Notes: a model not told the origin generated them from the letters alone. Positions 1 to 9,796 are shown, counted from the first letter of the stretch. The stretch: DNA of 64,000 nt from Patescibacteria group bacterium UBA6201 (GCA_002422025.1 DISV01000005.1:203518-267517); one strand, 5' to 3'. Numbers and translations: made by a program.

Positions 1-1604
1 TCCACCTTAAGCTTTGGTACAGTACGAGGATCACCATTCTTTCTAGCATCTACCACCTCATCTTTGATGCGTCCCTTTTCGTCAACGGTGACTGCAGCGT
101 GTGCGATGTTATATTGCTCTTCCTCATGTGCATTTAGATAGACGATTTCGCCGGTTACAATTCCCTTTTCCACTTTCGCATATGGAGTCTCAATGATACC
201 GAAGCGGTTAACTCTTGAGTACATCGCTAAACGGAGAATCAAACCGATGTTCGGTCCTTCTGGAGTGTGGATTGGACAAAGACGCCCGTAATGACTTGGG
301 TGTACGTCACGTACCTCAAAGCCAGCACGTTCACGAGTAAGTCCACCTGGACCTAGCGCTGAAAGCGTACGAAGACCTTCAAGCTCTCCCAAGAGGTTCT
401 GCTGTGGCATAAACTGCGACAGCTGGTTCGTAGTAAAAAATTCCTTAATAGCAGCCTGAAGCGGACGTGGATTGATGATTTGCATCGGGAGTGATGTCTC
501 AGCCTCGATGGTAGACATACGATCCTGAATGTTGCGCTTCATACGGGTCATACCAACACGTACGCGTTGGATAACCATTTCGCCGAAATAGCGAACACGA
601 CGGAAACCGAGGTGGTCAATATCGTCAGGCAGTGCACCTGGGGTATGGTTTTGTACAATTATATGAGTAAGGATGCTGTGTAGGTCTTCTAAAGAAACAG
701 TGCGGTCATCAGTTGCCTTCTTATCAAGTGGGCGCTTGAAACGCTCGTTGAAGTGATGACGACCAATTTCAGAAAGGTCATAACGTTCTGGAGAAAAAAT
801 AGAATCAACGAACTCGCGAGCGTTCTCAACAGTCGCTAGGTCACCGTCACGAAGACGCTTGTAGATTTCAATATATGAATCATCAGTAGTCTTAGCTGGA
901 TCTTTCGCTAGAGAGGCCTTTATATATTCTTCGCCACGTTCTACACCCTTAACGAGCTTGAGCATCTCTTCCTCGCTTTCGGCACCGAGTACGCGCAAGA
1001 GTGAAGTGATCGGAAATTTCTTCTTGCGGTCAATCTTTACGTAGATACAACCATCGTGTTCAGACTCGATCTCAACCCAGGCGCCACGAGCTGGAATTAT
1101 CTTGGCTCCGAAATGAGTGCGTCCCTTTTGTTCGCTGGCGGTGAAAAAGATACCGTATGAACGGGCTAGTTGGGGTACAACCACACGCTCTACACCATTG
1201 ATGATGAAGGTACCGTGTTCGGTCATTACCGGTACATCAGCTAGGAAAATTTCCTGCTCTTTCTCACTTTCAAAAGTTTTATTCTTAAGAATGATGGTGG
1301 CACGAAGGGGTGCATCGTAGGTTTGCTTGTTCTCTTTAGCAAGTTCAGGGGTGGTCTTAGGCTCTCCCATTTCGTAGCCTTTGAAGACAAGCTCAAATTT
1401 CTTCTCTGAGTAATCAGTGATTGGTGAAAATTCTTTAAATACACCGCGTAGACCCTCGTCAACAAACCACTTGTATGACAAGAGTTGCGGTTCAATTAGA
1501 TTTGGTACTGGGACCATTGGTCCACGATACTTCGTGAAGACCTTGGCCGGCAGGCTACCGATAGCTGTTCCTTCGTGTACCACACTCTTAAGCTTTTTAT
1601 CCAT
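1..1604 (-). CDS. rpoB: DNA-directed RNA polymerase beta subunit, N-terminal ~534 codons (gene continues past window start)
   Basis: Minus-strand translation from ATG at 1604 reads MDKKLKSVVHEGTAIGSLPAKVFTKYRGPMVPVPNLIEPQLLSYKWF... and stays open to position 1. It has the typical RpoB N-terminus. It is absent from the ORF track because no stop lies inside the window. Confidence 0.9.
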   Translation of the reverse strand, partial: MDKKLKSVVHEGTAIGSLPAKVFTKYRGPMVPVPNLIEPQLLSYKWFVDEGLRGVFKEFSPITDYSEKKFELVFKGYEMGEPKTTPELAKENKQTYDAPLRATIILKNKTFESEKEQEIFLADVPVMTEHGTFIINGVERVVVPQLARSYGIFFTASEQKGRTHFGAKIIPARGAWVEIESEHDGCIYVKIDRKKKFPITSLLRVLGAESEEEMLKLVKGVERGEEYIKASLAKDPAKTTDDSYIEIYKRLRDGDLATVENAREFVDSIFSPERYDLSEIGRHHFNERFKRPLDKKATDDRTVSLEDLHSILTHIIVQNHTPGALPDDIDHLGFRRVRYFGEMVIQRVRVGMTRMKRNIQDRMSTIEAETSLPMQIINPRPLQAAIKEFFTTNQLSQFMPQQNLLGELEGLRTLSALGPGGLTRERAGFEVRDVHPSHYGRLCPIHTPEGPNIGLILRLAMYSRVNRFGIIETPYAKVEKGIVTGEIVYLNAHEEEQYNIAHAAVTVDEKGRIKDEVVDARKNGDPRTVPKLKV

Positions 1605-1726
1605 ATCCTTTGTGTAATAAAACTTATAATCCACACGCCATAACACGCAAAAGACGGCACAGAGTGCCGTTTGTCTAAAAATTTGCGGTTACTTATTTTT
1701 TATAAACATTACCCCCAGATGTTTAT

Positions 1727-1854
1727 TAGACTTTTTCAAGATTAGCGCATCTGCACTGGTTTCAGAATTTTGACTTGTCACCTTAGTTTGTCTAAGGCTC
1801 TGTCGCCAAAACTCTTCCAACCAGCACATCTGCATCTAATTTTAAAAAAGTCTA
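1727..1854 (+). repeat. Copy B of a 128-bp repeated structured element (see findings). Its closing arms are tagactttttcaagatta and taattttaaaaaagtcta.
   Basis: ~85% identical to copy A over ~110 nt with the same helix layout. Confidence 0.6.
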
Positions 1855-2246
1855 TCGCTCTAAGATTCAGGTGGCTAAAACCGCAACACAATCGCCCTCA
1901 AATCACAAGTGGATAAAACATAACAGAAAATTAAGTTTATTGCAACCCTCACTACTTAATAAGTTAAGGTTTTGCTAGAAAATTTGGAATAAGGAAAACA
2001 CTAGGTGATTTAAAGGTTTTTTTTGATGAAACTTGCCAGAGGACGGCAAAACAAAATTACCTTATCAAGTGTGGGGACATGGCCCTTTTTGGGGAAAACT
2101 AGCTTGACGACTCTTATTCTCGTCACTTCCTATAACTAATGGATTTATGACGGGCCTATATATTTATATTGCTAATTATATTAAATGTTGTATAACAAAG
2201 TTAGATATCGTAGAACACAAACAAACACTTCTGCAGGAGGGATTGA

Positions 2247-2591
2247 ATGATTATCGTCATTAAAGCCAATACTGAACGCGAGCTCAATCGCCTGGTAACT
2301 GTAACCAATTTACCAGACGGTGTGTACCTTGAATTGGATGACAGTAGTGGGAGTCTTGTGTATCAGGTTTTTACTATCCTGGGTGGAAAAAGAGAAGAAA
2401 AAGGAAATGAAACTGATGCCACGCTGTCACTTGCAGATGCGGTCAGTAAATTTAAGATCGAATACATTCTCGTTACGGCGACGGGCGTCGATGTCAATGA
2501 GCTTACAGCAAGCCTGGTGCTCGCTAATCACAACAGCATTGCTTATAGTGTTGAGGAGTTTGTCTCACACAAAGTTCGTCCGCTTAACTAA
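2247..2591 (+). CDS. hypothetical protein (114 aa)
   Basis: ORF with GGAGGG SD 6 nt upstream of ATG, followed by an rho-independent-like hairpin. No recognisable motif. Confidence 0.5.
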   Translation: MIIVIKANTERELNRLVTVTNLPDGVYLELDDSSGSLVYQVFTILGGKREEKGNETDATLSLADAVSKFKIEYILVTATGVDVNELTASLVLANHNSIAYSVEEFVSHKVRPLN

Positions 2592-2610
2592 CCTCATAGG
2601 TCGCGAATCT

Positions 2611-2655
2611 AAAAAGGCCGCTTGCTTTTCCTTACATCGCGGCCTTTTTCTTTTT
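2611..2655 (+). terminator. hairpin aaaaaggccgc...gcggccttttt followed by a T-run
   Basis: 11-bp stem then ttttcttttt, downstream of the 2247-2591 ORF. Confidence 0.5.
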
Positions 2656-2695
2656 AAAAAGTAAGTTCGAGGCAGGGCCTCGAACTTACTTTTTT
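2656..2695. terminator. bidirectional hairpin gtaagTTCGAGGCagGGCCTCGAActtac flanked by A-run and T-run
   Basis: Perfect 12-bp stem overlapping the trmD stop codon. The same core hairpin recurs at 18972-18992. Confidence 0.55.
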
Positions 2696-3354
2696 GATCG
2701 CTCTTGTTCAATTTCTTTGTGGCGTCCAGAGAGGTATATGGGCGGAACCTGGTACTTTTTCTTCTTATATTCAAGAATTTCAGGACGAGTATACATTTCG
2801 CCAGAGGAAACACGTTGGTCTTCTAACGACTCAAACGTTCCCAAGACTCCTGGGACTTCACGAGACACTGCATCAATTATAGAAAGAGCAGGCAGTTCAC
2901 CTCCAGTTAACACATAATCACCCACCGAAACTTCATCAGCTTTCAGAATATTTTTAACTCTTGCATCGATACCTTCGTATCTGCCACTAATCAAAACTAC
3001 ATGTTCAAATTTACCTGCTAGGTCCTTGGCCATCTTTTGGTCAAACTTCACTCCTCGGGGGGACATTAATAAAGTTTTTACTTTACTTTTTTTTCGGCCA
3101 ACGGCCATATCCCATGCTTTCAAAATTGGCTCAGCCTTCATAACCATTCCCGGCCCTCCACCATATGGCCGGTCGTCTACCTTTCGATGTTTGTCGGTAG
3201 CATAATCACGTGGGTTGTAGTAGGTGATGGAGATTTTTTTGCCACGTACCTTAGCCCCCTTCCCCTTCTCAGTCTTTTGGGCACGACCTAAAACCCCAGC
3301 GTCGGTATACGCTTGGCAGATATCTGGGAAGATGGTGATGACGTGGAAGTTCAT
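2686..3354 (-). CDS. trmD: tRNA (guanine37-N1)-methyltransferase
   Basis: MNFHVITIFPDICQAY... is a TrmD N-terminus and the knot region is recognisable. ATG at 3354 chosen over the longer track ORF whose 22 extra residues have no TrmD counterpart. Confidence 0.85.
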   Translation of the reverse strand: MNFHVITIFPDICQAYTDAGVLGRAQKTEKGKGAKVRGKKISITYYNPRDYATDKHRKVDDRPYGGGPGMVMKAEPILKAWDMAVGRKKSKVKTLLMSPRGVKFDQKMAKDLAGKFEHVVLISGRYEGIDARVKNILKADEVSVGDYVLTGGELPALSIIDAVSREVPGVLGTFESLEDQRVSSGEMYTRPEILEYKKKKYQVPPIYLSGRHKEIEQERSKK

Positions 3355-3583
3355 AATGGTACTTGGCACTAAGCTCTTAGTGCTTGGTCCGTCGTCGATG
3401 TTTGAAATGCTATCACACAAGCGGGCGGAATCGAAGATTCCGCCCGCTTGTGTTAAATATCTTAAAGCTTCTAAAAGTATTAAACTGAGGAAAATTCTAG
3501 GCGTGCGAGGAAAATAATGCGAGTGGGACGGTTTAGTCCAGCGAACATTATTTTCTGAAGCACAACAACGAATTTTTCCAGTT

Positions 3584-3937
3584 TTATATCTTTAGGTCAT
3601 CGATTGCCTGATCCAAAGACTTTGGCTCACTTGGTGTAGCTTCATCAGCACTTGGTGCCATTGAAGCAGCCATATCCTGACTGACTCGGCCTCCTTCTGG
3701 TTCGTTAATCTTTAGGTTAACGCGAGCATCATGCTTCATTCCAACAACACGAAGAAGAGTACGGATTGCTTTAGCAGTGTTCCCAGAGCGACCGATTATC
3801 TTACCCATATCTTCAGCATGCACATCGAGAGTCAAGAGTACTCCCATCTCATCTACGGTACGGTTGGTCTTTACTGATTCCGGATGGTCGACCAGAGATT
3901 TTACTAGAGTCTCTAAAAATTGCTGATCTTCTTGCAT
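3584..3937 (-). CDS. KH-domain RNA-binding protein (YlqC/KhpA-like)
   Basis: GKIIGRSGNTAKAIRTLL is a KH GXXG loop. Its position between rpsP and trmD matches the conserved rpsP-ylqC-(rimM)-trmD context. Confidence 0.75.
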   Translation of the reverse strand: MQEDQQFLETLVKSLVDHPESVKTNRTVDEMGVLLTLDVHAEDMGKIIGRSGNTAKAIRTLLRVVGMKHDARVNLKINEPEGGRVSQDMAASMAPSADEATPSEPKSLDQAIDDLKI

Positions 3938-4038
3938 ATCTTGATTTGTTAGTCGGGGTAAAGCGTCCGGCGAACCGGCCGTTAGTTAAATGGTAACAGT
4001 CGGCAAATAAAGCGCAATCAACAGATGTGAGTATCCTT

Positions 4039-4086
4039 CTCTATATCATATAAGATACACCAGAGTGTATCTTATATGATATAGAG
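4039..4086. repeat. 48-bp perfect AT-rich palindrome ctctatatcatataagatacac-caga-gtgtatcttatatgatatagag
   Basis: 22-bp arms with a 4-nt centre. Related copies at 18783-18827 and 44704-44723. Confidence 0.8.
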
Positions 4087-4144
4087 AATAGTTTAGGCGA
4101 AGTGGATCTGTGAGTGTGTCTTAGTCTGATGGACTTCTGGTGGA

Positions 4145-4585
4145 CTATTGGGTTTCAGTGGTAGCTTCTGTAGTTTCTTCAGTTGGTGTTGCTTCTTCAG
4201 TAGGAGCTTCTTCTACTACTTCTTCAGCGGGTGCTTCGGCAGCAGCTTTGGCTGCTTCCTCGGCTGCTGCTTTAGCCTCTGCCTCAGCCTTTACTTTGGC
4301 CTCATCAATTATTGGTGACTTTTTCGGTAGGGCGTTGATTTTCTTCCCCTCAATTATTTTGTTTGTGACCATTAGGTTGTGAACAGTTGGAGAGACTTGT
4401 ACACCCTTACTTATCCAATCTTTAGCGCGCTCGCCGTCGATCTTAAAAAGATTAGTTTTGGCGCTGTATGAGCCCAAGGTGTCAACCTGCTTGTTACTCT
4501 TTGGACCGCTACGAGAATCAGTAACCACCACTCGGAAAGAGGGATCATTCTTGCGGCCAACTCGTTGTAAACGCATCTTTAACAT
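4145..4585 (-). CDS. rpsP: 30S ribosomal protein S16 with Ala/Glu/Thr-rich C-terminal extension
   Basis: MLKMRLQRVGRKNDPSFRVVV matches the S16 N-terminus MVKIRLARxGxKKRPFYRIVV. Start at 4585 rather than the upstream track start. Confidence 0.85.
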   Translation of the reverse strand: MLKMRLQRVGRKNDPSFRVVVTDSRSGPKSNKQVDTLGSYSAKTNLFKIDGERAKDWISKGVQVSPTVHNLMVTNKIIEGKKINALPKKSPIIDEAKVKAEAEAKAAAEEAAKAAAEAPAEEVVEEAPTEEATPTEETTEATTETQ

Positions 4586-4675
4586 ATAGTGGCACAAAGA
4601 TACCAAATTAGCGTTAATTGTCAACACTGAACTGGCCTTAAGACCAGTATTATGCTACGCTACGACCTATAACAT

Positions 4676-6658
4676 ATGTCAAACAACGACACTTTCGAAG
4701 GGGTGATTGCCGTGAGGGGTAAAGGTACAGGTTTCGTTTCTAAGCCAGATCTAGAAGAGGACATTTTGATTGAAACCAGCAATCTAGGTTTTGCTCTGGA
4801 TGGTGATTTGGTGCGTATTTCCCTACTAGAAGCGGTCGAAGGAAAACGTCAGGAAGGTAAGGTGCTAGAAGTAATAGAATCAGCTCACGAGGAATTTATT
4901 GGAGTAGTCAAAGACCGTGCTCCCGAAACTGCTGCCATCAGCAATCACTTTCTTCGTGAGCAAGCAGAAAAGAAAAGTCAGTATTATTTACTGCCAGATA
5001 ATCGGCGTATTCATGTACGTTTCTCGTTAGGGGAAGACGCAAAGGATATGGTGGGAAAAAAGGTAGCGGTGAAAATTGCTAACTGGAATGATGCAACTAT
5101 GGACCCGCAAGGAGTCGTTACTGAGGTCTTGGGACGTGCTGGTGATCATGAAACTGAGATGCAGGCAATTATCCGTGGTGGCGGGTTTTCAGAGAATTTT
5201 CCCGAGGCAGTCTCTCAGGCAGCTAAAGACCTTTACGATAGTCAGGAAAAAATATTTAAAGATGCGCTAGTAGACCCAAAGCGTAAAGATGTCCGCGGTG
5301 TCACCACCTTTACAATTGACCCACTTGACGCCAAGGATTTTGATGATGCTCTTTCATTCCAAAAGCTCCCGAACGGTAACTTCGAGATCGGTGTGCATAT
5401 TGCAGATGTGTCACATTATGTGCAGGAGGGTGAAATAATTGATATGGAAGCGCGCGAGAGAGGTACATCTATTTATCTAGTAGATAGAGTAATTCCGATG
5501 TTGCCCGAGGTGCTTTCTAATGATCTTTGTTCGTTGCGCCCTAACGAAGACCGATTGGCCTTTTCTGCTATCTTTGAAATATCTGGAGAGGCTAAAGTGG
5601 TTGGAGAATGGTACGGGCAGACAGTTATACACTCTGACCGACGTTTTAGTTATGAAGAGGCCCAAGAAATTCTCGATAAAGGCGAAGGAGACTACCTAGG
5701 TGAATTATCTAAGATGATGGAATTGTCTCGTGTCATACGCAAAGAACGTTTTAAGGAAGGAGCCATTGCTTTTGAGCAACCTGAAGTAAGGTTTGAACTT
5801 GATGAGGCCGGTAAGCCGATTCGCGCGTATACAAAACATCGCACCGAGACGATGTTGATGATTGAGGACTACATGCTTCTTGCGAACCAAAGTGTCGCAA
5901 CATATATCTATAAATTATCAAAAGATAAAAAGCGTGACGCCGCTTTCATTTATCGTATTCACGATTTACCAAATCCGGAGAAGATTGAGGATTTAGGTAT
6001 ATTTATTCGAGCACTTGGTTACGATTTTCGCACCGAAAATGGAATAGTAGATGCTAAAGATATTAATAAGCTTCTGAAAGATATTGAGGGTAAACCAGAG
6101 GAAGCCTTAATTAAGACTGCGACTATACGCTCGATGGCTAAGGCAGTTTATTCGACCAAGAACATTGGTCACTTCGGTCTCGCCTTTAAATATTACACAC
6201 ACTTCACTTCCCCAATTCGTCGTTATCCAGACTTGATGGCACATCGGTTACTCCGTCGTCATTTGGACAACTCCCCAATTGCTGGACAAGAAATTGCGCG
6301 CTTTGAAAAGCTTTCTATTCAGTCCTCCGAGCGAGAAATGGAAGCTACCCGTGCAGAGCGAGATAGTATCAAGTACAAGCAAGTAGAGTTTATGGCACCA
6401 AAGGTAGGGCAAGAATTTGATGGAATCATTTCTGGAGTGTCCGATTGGGGTATCTACGTGGAAGAAAAGGAGTCAAAGTCAGAAGGTATGGTACGGCTAT
6501 CCTCAATACGTGGTGACTATTACGAACACCTGGCGGGAGCGTACGCCATAAAGGGTCAAAAAACCGGTAATGTGTATCGACTTGGTGATACTGTCCGCTT
6601 CAAGGTTGTTAAAGCCAACTTGGAAGAGAAACAATTAGATTACGAACTAGTTAAATAA
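4676..6658 (+). CDS. rnr: ribonuclease R / RNB-family 3'-5' exoribonuclease with C-terminal S1 domain
   Basis: FTIDPLDAKDFDDALSF RNB motif, 660 aa, N-terminal cold-shock-like region and C-terminal S1-like region. Confidence 0.85.
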   Translation: MSNNDTFEGVIAVRGKGTGFVSKPDLEEDILIETSNLGFALDGDLVRISLLEAVEGKRQEGKVLEVIESAHEEFIGVVKDRAPETAAISNHFLREQAEKKSQYYLLPDNRRIHVRFSLGEDAKDMVGKKVAVKIANWNDATMDPQGVVTEVLGRAGDHETEMQAIIRGGGFSENFPEAVSQAAKDLYDSQEKIFKDALVDPKRKDVRGVTTFTIDPLDAKDFDDALSFQKLPNGNFEIGVHIADVSHYVQEGEIIDMEARERGTSIYLVDRVIPMLPEVLSNDLCSLRPNEDRLAFSAIFEISGEAKVVGEWYGQTVIHSDRRFSYEEAQEILDKGEGDYLGELSKMMELSRVIRKERFKEGAIAFEQPEVRFELDEAGKPIRAYTKHRTETMLMIEDYMLLANQSVATYIYKLSKDKKRDAAFIYRIHDLPNPEKIEDLGIFIRALGYDFRTENGIVDAKDINKLLKDIEGKPEEALIKTATIRSMAKAVYSTKNIGHFGLAFKYYTHFTSPIRRYPDLMAHRLLRRHLDNSPIAGQEIARFEKLSIQSSEREMEATRAERDSIKYKQVEFMAPKVGQEFDGIISGVSDWGIYVEEKESKSEGMVRLSSIRGDYYEHLAGAYAIKGQKTGNVYRLGDTVRFKVVKANLEEKQLDYELVK

Positions 6659-6778
6659 GAGTAAACCCGATTCCCTTTTGAAGGGGAATAAAAAACATAA
6701 CTTAAATAGGTTGTCAATCTATAGTAACCTTTTGATTCTTGATATTGTTTAGGTAGATAGGAAGGAGGTGATATAACC

Positions 6779-7042
6779 ATGTTTCACCTGAACGTGAGCC
6801 TACTCTTAAGGGACAAAGACGAATTAAAACGGTTCCTTGATCTCGTAAACAATACTCCAGGAGTTAAGAGTGGAAATAATCCACCAGACTTTTTCAGTTG
6901 GGATTCTTGCAAATTTGCTTGGGTCAAACTTGAAAGTCAATTCCTGAATGCGACAAATCTGTCAAAAGTGCTACAAAAAGACGGGTATGCCGCAGATGTT
7001 TACGATGCAGAAGAATTCGAACCAAGGGAGGTAATGTCGTGA
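6779..7042 (+). CDS. hypothetical small protein (87 aa)
   Basis: Strong SD ggaaggaggtg 8 nt upstream, followed by a terminator hairpin. No motif recognised. Confidence 0.5.
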   Translation: MFHLNVSLLLRDKDELKRFLDLVNNTPGVKSGNNPPDFFSWDSCKFAWVKLESQFLNATNLSKVLQKDGYAADVYDAEEFEPREVMS

Positions 7043-7062
7043 TTGTCATTTGGCACAGTGAC

Positions 7063-7104
7063 AAAAAGCCCGGAAAACAAATAATTATTCCGGGCTTTTT
7101 TATT
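7063..7104. terminator. bidirectional terminator aaaaagcccggaa...ttccgggctttttta
   Basis: GC stem with flanking A-run and T-run. Sits between the convergent 6779 ORF and smc. Confidence 0.7.
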
Positions 7105-9349
7105 TTGCTACTGCTAGAGCATCATCAAGTTTAACTGAAAGTAATTTAGATACACCGTCCCCTGTCATTGTTACGCCGTAAAGAATAGAAGCTCGCGACA
7201 TTGTCTCGCGATTATGTGTGATGAGTATCAACTGTGATTTTTTTGACAGAGCCTCGATCATATCTCCATAGCGTCGACTATTGGCTTCATCAAGTGCTGC
7301 ATCTGTTTCATCAAGAATCACAAATAGTGGTGGATTAACTTGACTCATAGCAAAGATAAGAGCGATTGAAGTAAGTGCTCTTTCACCACCCGATAGCATA
7401 TCTAGACCCTTCACCCTTTTGTTCGGAAGTTTGACACCGATCTCTATACCAGTTTCAGTTTTTCCTGAATCAGTTTCTTCTACGTCGTTCTCCCCATCTT
7501 CCAATTCTCCCTTGCGTCTACGAGGTTCTATTTTAACTTGGGACAGTGTCGCTTCCCCACCCCCGAACATCAAAGTAAAGAAACGATTAAACTCAGTGCT
7601 AATTTTCGTGATACCTTCACCAAATCTTTCATCAAGTTGCGCTTCAAGTTCAACAATTAATTCCTCTAATTTCGCTACCGACGTAGTGAGGTCAGCAATT
7701 TCTCTCTCTAAAAAATCATCGCGGTCTTTTACCGTTTTGTACTCAGTCTCCAGTTCTACATTCGCACCTCCTAATTCTTCTAGGCGAATCTTTAACTTTT
7801 CTAGTTCGTGACGGCGGTCACGTTGTTTGGTACGATCTTCTTTTTCAATCTCTGCCTTGGTAGCATCTACTTTATGTTCAAGATACAGTGTTGCATCACG
7901 GCCCAATAGTGCCACTGCTTCTTGTAGTTCACGTTTGAAATCTTCTCGGTCACGTTCAACTCCAGTTTTCTCAAATTCTAAACGTGAAAGTTCAGTCTCA
8001 GCTTCGCGCCTCTCGTTTACTAGTTTAAAGACTTCTCTCTCTGCTTCTCGGCTCTCACTCTGATCAGACTCGATAGAAGAACGTATTTCTTGATATGCTT
8101 TCTCGGCCTCCACTACATCTGCTTCTGCAGACTGCAATTTTTTATCTAGTAGAACCTTTTGCTTTTTGAGATCTTCGTGTTCAGTCTCCTCAGCCTTATT
8201 ACTACCTGGTGTTTCAATTGCTCGAGTTAGAAATTGTCGCAGTGAATGGACTAGGTCGCTGAGCGAACGACGTAAGTGAGATAAATCATCGCTTTTAATT
8301 GCTTGATCAACACCTTTTTCAAGTGTGGTCACAAACTTATCGATATCAGAATACGGAATATTAATGTTAGCAACATCACCCTGTTTCCGCTTATTGTCAG
8401 CGATTCTTCTTTCAATAAAGTTTATTTGACCCTCAAGGGCACCAACTTCTCTAAGTAGTGATTGGTGTGACTCTCGGGTAGCTGAAAGCATTCTCTCAGC
8501 AGACATTAACTGATCGCGCTTAGCATCATGTTTTTTTGACTCAAGAATGTCTCTAGCGATAGAAAGAGCCACTTCTATCTCCTTAATTTTATTCGAAAGA
8601 GGATCAAGTAAAGTAGTAATATGGTTTTGTGAACCGGCTAAATAAATATCTTCACGCTTAAGGTATTCAGAATAAGCATCTCTAAGTTTTTCTCTTATCT
8701 CAGCCGCTCTCTCAAGTTTCTTCACCTGCTTCTCTAAAAATCGTAGATGGGGGGCAACTTCACGGCGCAAGCCCTCTACCTTTTCTATATTCTCCTTGGT
8801 TTTTTGTAGTTTCTTTTCAGCTTCAATTTTTTTGTATTGATAAGATTTGAGTCCCAAAGCATCCTCAATCATTTCACGGCGCTCTTTATTGCTAGCAGAA
8901 AGTATTCTGTCAGCCTCGCCCTGTGAGATGATGTGGTGTCCTGAAGGGCCAATATTGGCAGCGGCCAAGACCTCTTGTACGTCTTTGAGTCGAACCACGC
9001 TGCCATTTATTAAGTATTCATTTTGTCCATCACGGTGTACAACTCTTTCTAGATTAATTTCATCAAAATCAAGTGGAAAAACTCGTTTTTGATTATCAAG
9101 CGTGATGCTAACCGACGCTCTGTTATTTCTTGATACTTGATCCGAGCCTCCCCAAATCAAATCCTCACCCTTTTTGCCACGCATTTTTGAAGGCGACTGC
9201 TCTCCTAAGACGAAGCGAAAACCTTCAGCCACATTAGACTTCCCAGAACCATTTGGTCCTACAATGCCAGTAATTGACGAAGAAAATTCCAGCTCGCTCT
9301 TCTTAGCGAATGATTTGAAACCGTTGATGGTAAGGTGTTTGAGATACAT
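7100..9349 (-). CDS. smc: SMC-family chromosome condensation ATPase, short form (749 aa)
   Basis: N-terminal Walker A GIVGPNGSGKSNVAEGFRFVLGEQS. C-terminal signature LSGGERALTSIALIFAM and Walker B LFVILDETDAALD. Coiled-coil middle, much shorter than canonical ~1180 aa. Confidence 0.8.
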   Translation of the reverse strand: MYLKHLTINGFKSFAKKSELEFSSSITGIVGPNGSGKSNVAEGFRFVLGEQSPSKMRGKKGEDLIWGGSDQVSRNNRASVSITLDNQKRVFPLDFDEINLERVVHRDGQNEYLINGSVVRLKDVQEVLAAANIGPSGHHIISQGEADRILSASNKERREMIEDALGLKSYQYKKIEAEKKLQKTKENIEKVEGLRREVAPHLRFLEKQVKKLERAAEIREKLRDAYSEYLKREDIYLAGSQNHITTLLDPLSNKIKEIEVALSIARDILESKKHDAKRDQLMSAERMLSATRESHQSLLREVGALEGQINFIERRIADNKRKQGDVANINIPYSDIDKFVTTLEKGVDQAIKSDDLSHLRRSLSDLVHSLRQFLTRAIETPGSNKAEETEHEDLKKQKVLLDKKLQSAEADVVEAEKAYQEIRSSIESDQSESREAEREVFKLVNERREAETELSRLEFEKTGVERDREDFKRELQEAVALLGRDATLYLEHKVDATKAEIEKEDRTKQRDRRHELEKLKIRLEELGGANVELETEYKTVKDRDDFLEREIADLTTSVAKLEELIVELEAQLDERFGEGITKISTEFNRFFTLMFGGGEATLSQVKIEPRRRKGELEDGENDVEETDSGKTETGIEIGVKLPNKRVKGLDMLSGGERALTSIALIFAMSQVNPPLFVILDETDAALDEANSRRYGDMIEALSKKSQLILITHNRETMSRASILYGVTMTGDGVSKLLSVKLDDALAVAK

Positions 9350-9358
9350 CTTCAGACG

Positions 9359-9796
9359 TTATTGTGGGTCGGCACAAGAAGTGACCCCGATAGTTTTACT
9401 GTCAGTCCACCCAGCTGCTGTTGCGTCTTGTTCACGCTCAGCGATAGTCCAGAGTCGATAATATTGAGTGTCATTAGTAACAGATGGAGTAGCACAAGAG
9501 TTTTCATATGTATAGACATTTACACCAGCATTTACAGGATCGGTAGGTACAGAAAGTAGCAATCCAACTGTGACTAAGTCATTAAGATTAGAAGGATAAT
9601 TACCATATGTAACCCCATAAGCTTGCAGGGCAGCACCAAGTTGTTGGATGTCAGCGTGTCTGGCGGTGTCTCTAGCCTTTTTTCTTGAATCTTCAAATGA
9701 AGTAAAGACAATCAGTGAGAGTATTCCAATGATTGCTATTACTACAATAATTTCTATTAAGGTAAAACCCTGATTAGTTTTTAGATTGCTTTTCAT
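9359..9796 (-). CDS. type IV pilin / pseudopilin (prepilin-type N-terminal cleavage/methylation domain)
   Basis: MKSNLKTNQG|FTLIEIIVVIAIIGIL gives a class III signal with Phe+1 and Glu+5. Confidence 0.85.
   Translation of the reverse strand: MKSNLKTNQGFTLIEIIVVIAIIGILSLIVFTSFEDSRKKARDTARHADIQQLGAALQAYGVTYGNYPSNLNDLVTVGLLLSVPTDPVNAGVNVYTYENSCATPSVTNDTQYYRLWTIAEREQDATAAGWTDSKTIGVTSCADPQ

Noticed and set aside
2320-2882. Alternative-frame ORFs 2320-2664, 2565-2813, 2694-2882 and 2717-2917 around the 2247 gene and trmD 3' end
   Set aside because: They overlap better-supported genes (trmD and the SD-preceded 2247 ORF) and span the terminator hairpins.
3355-3420. Longer N-terminal versions of trmD (3420), rpsP (4627), rpmF (12439), the pfkB kinase (37514) and sortase (TTG at 22532)
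   Set aside because: The conserved family N-termini begin at the internal ATGs chosen. The extensions overlap neighbouring genes or regulatory hairpins.
4140-4382. Plus-strand Ala/Ser-rich ORF antisense to the rpsP tail
   Set aside because: It mirrors the GCT/GAA-rich codons of the S16 C-terminal extension, which is an artefact of the repetitive composition.
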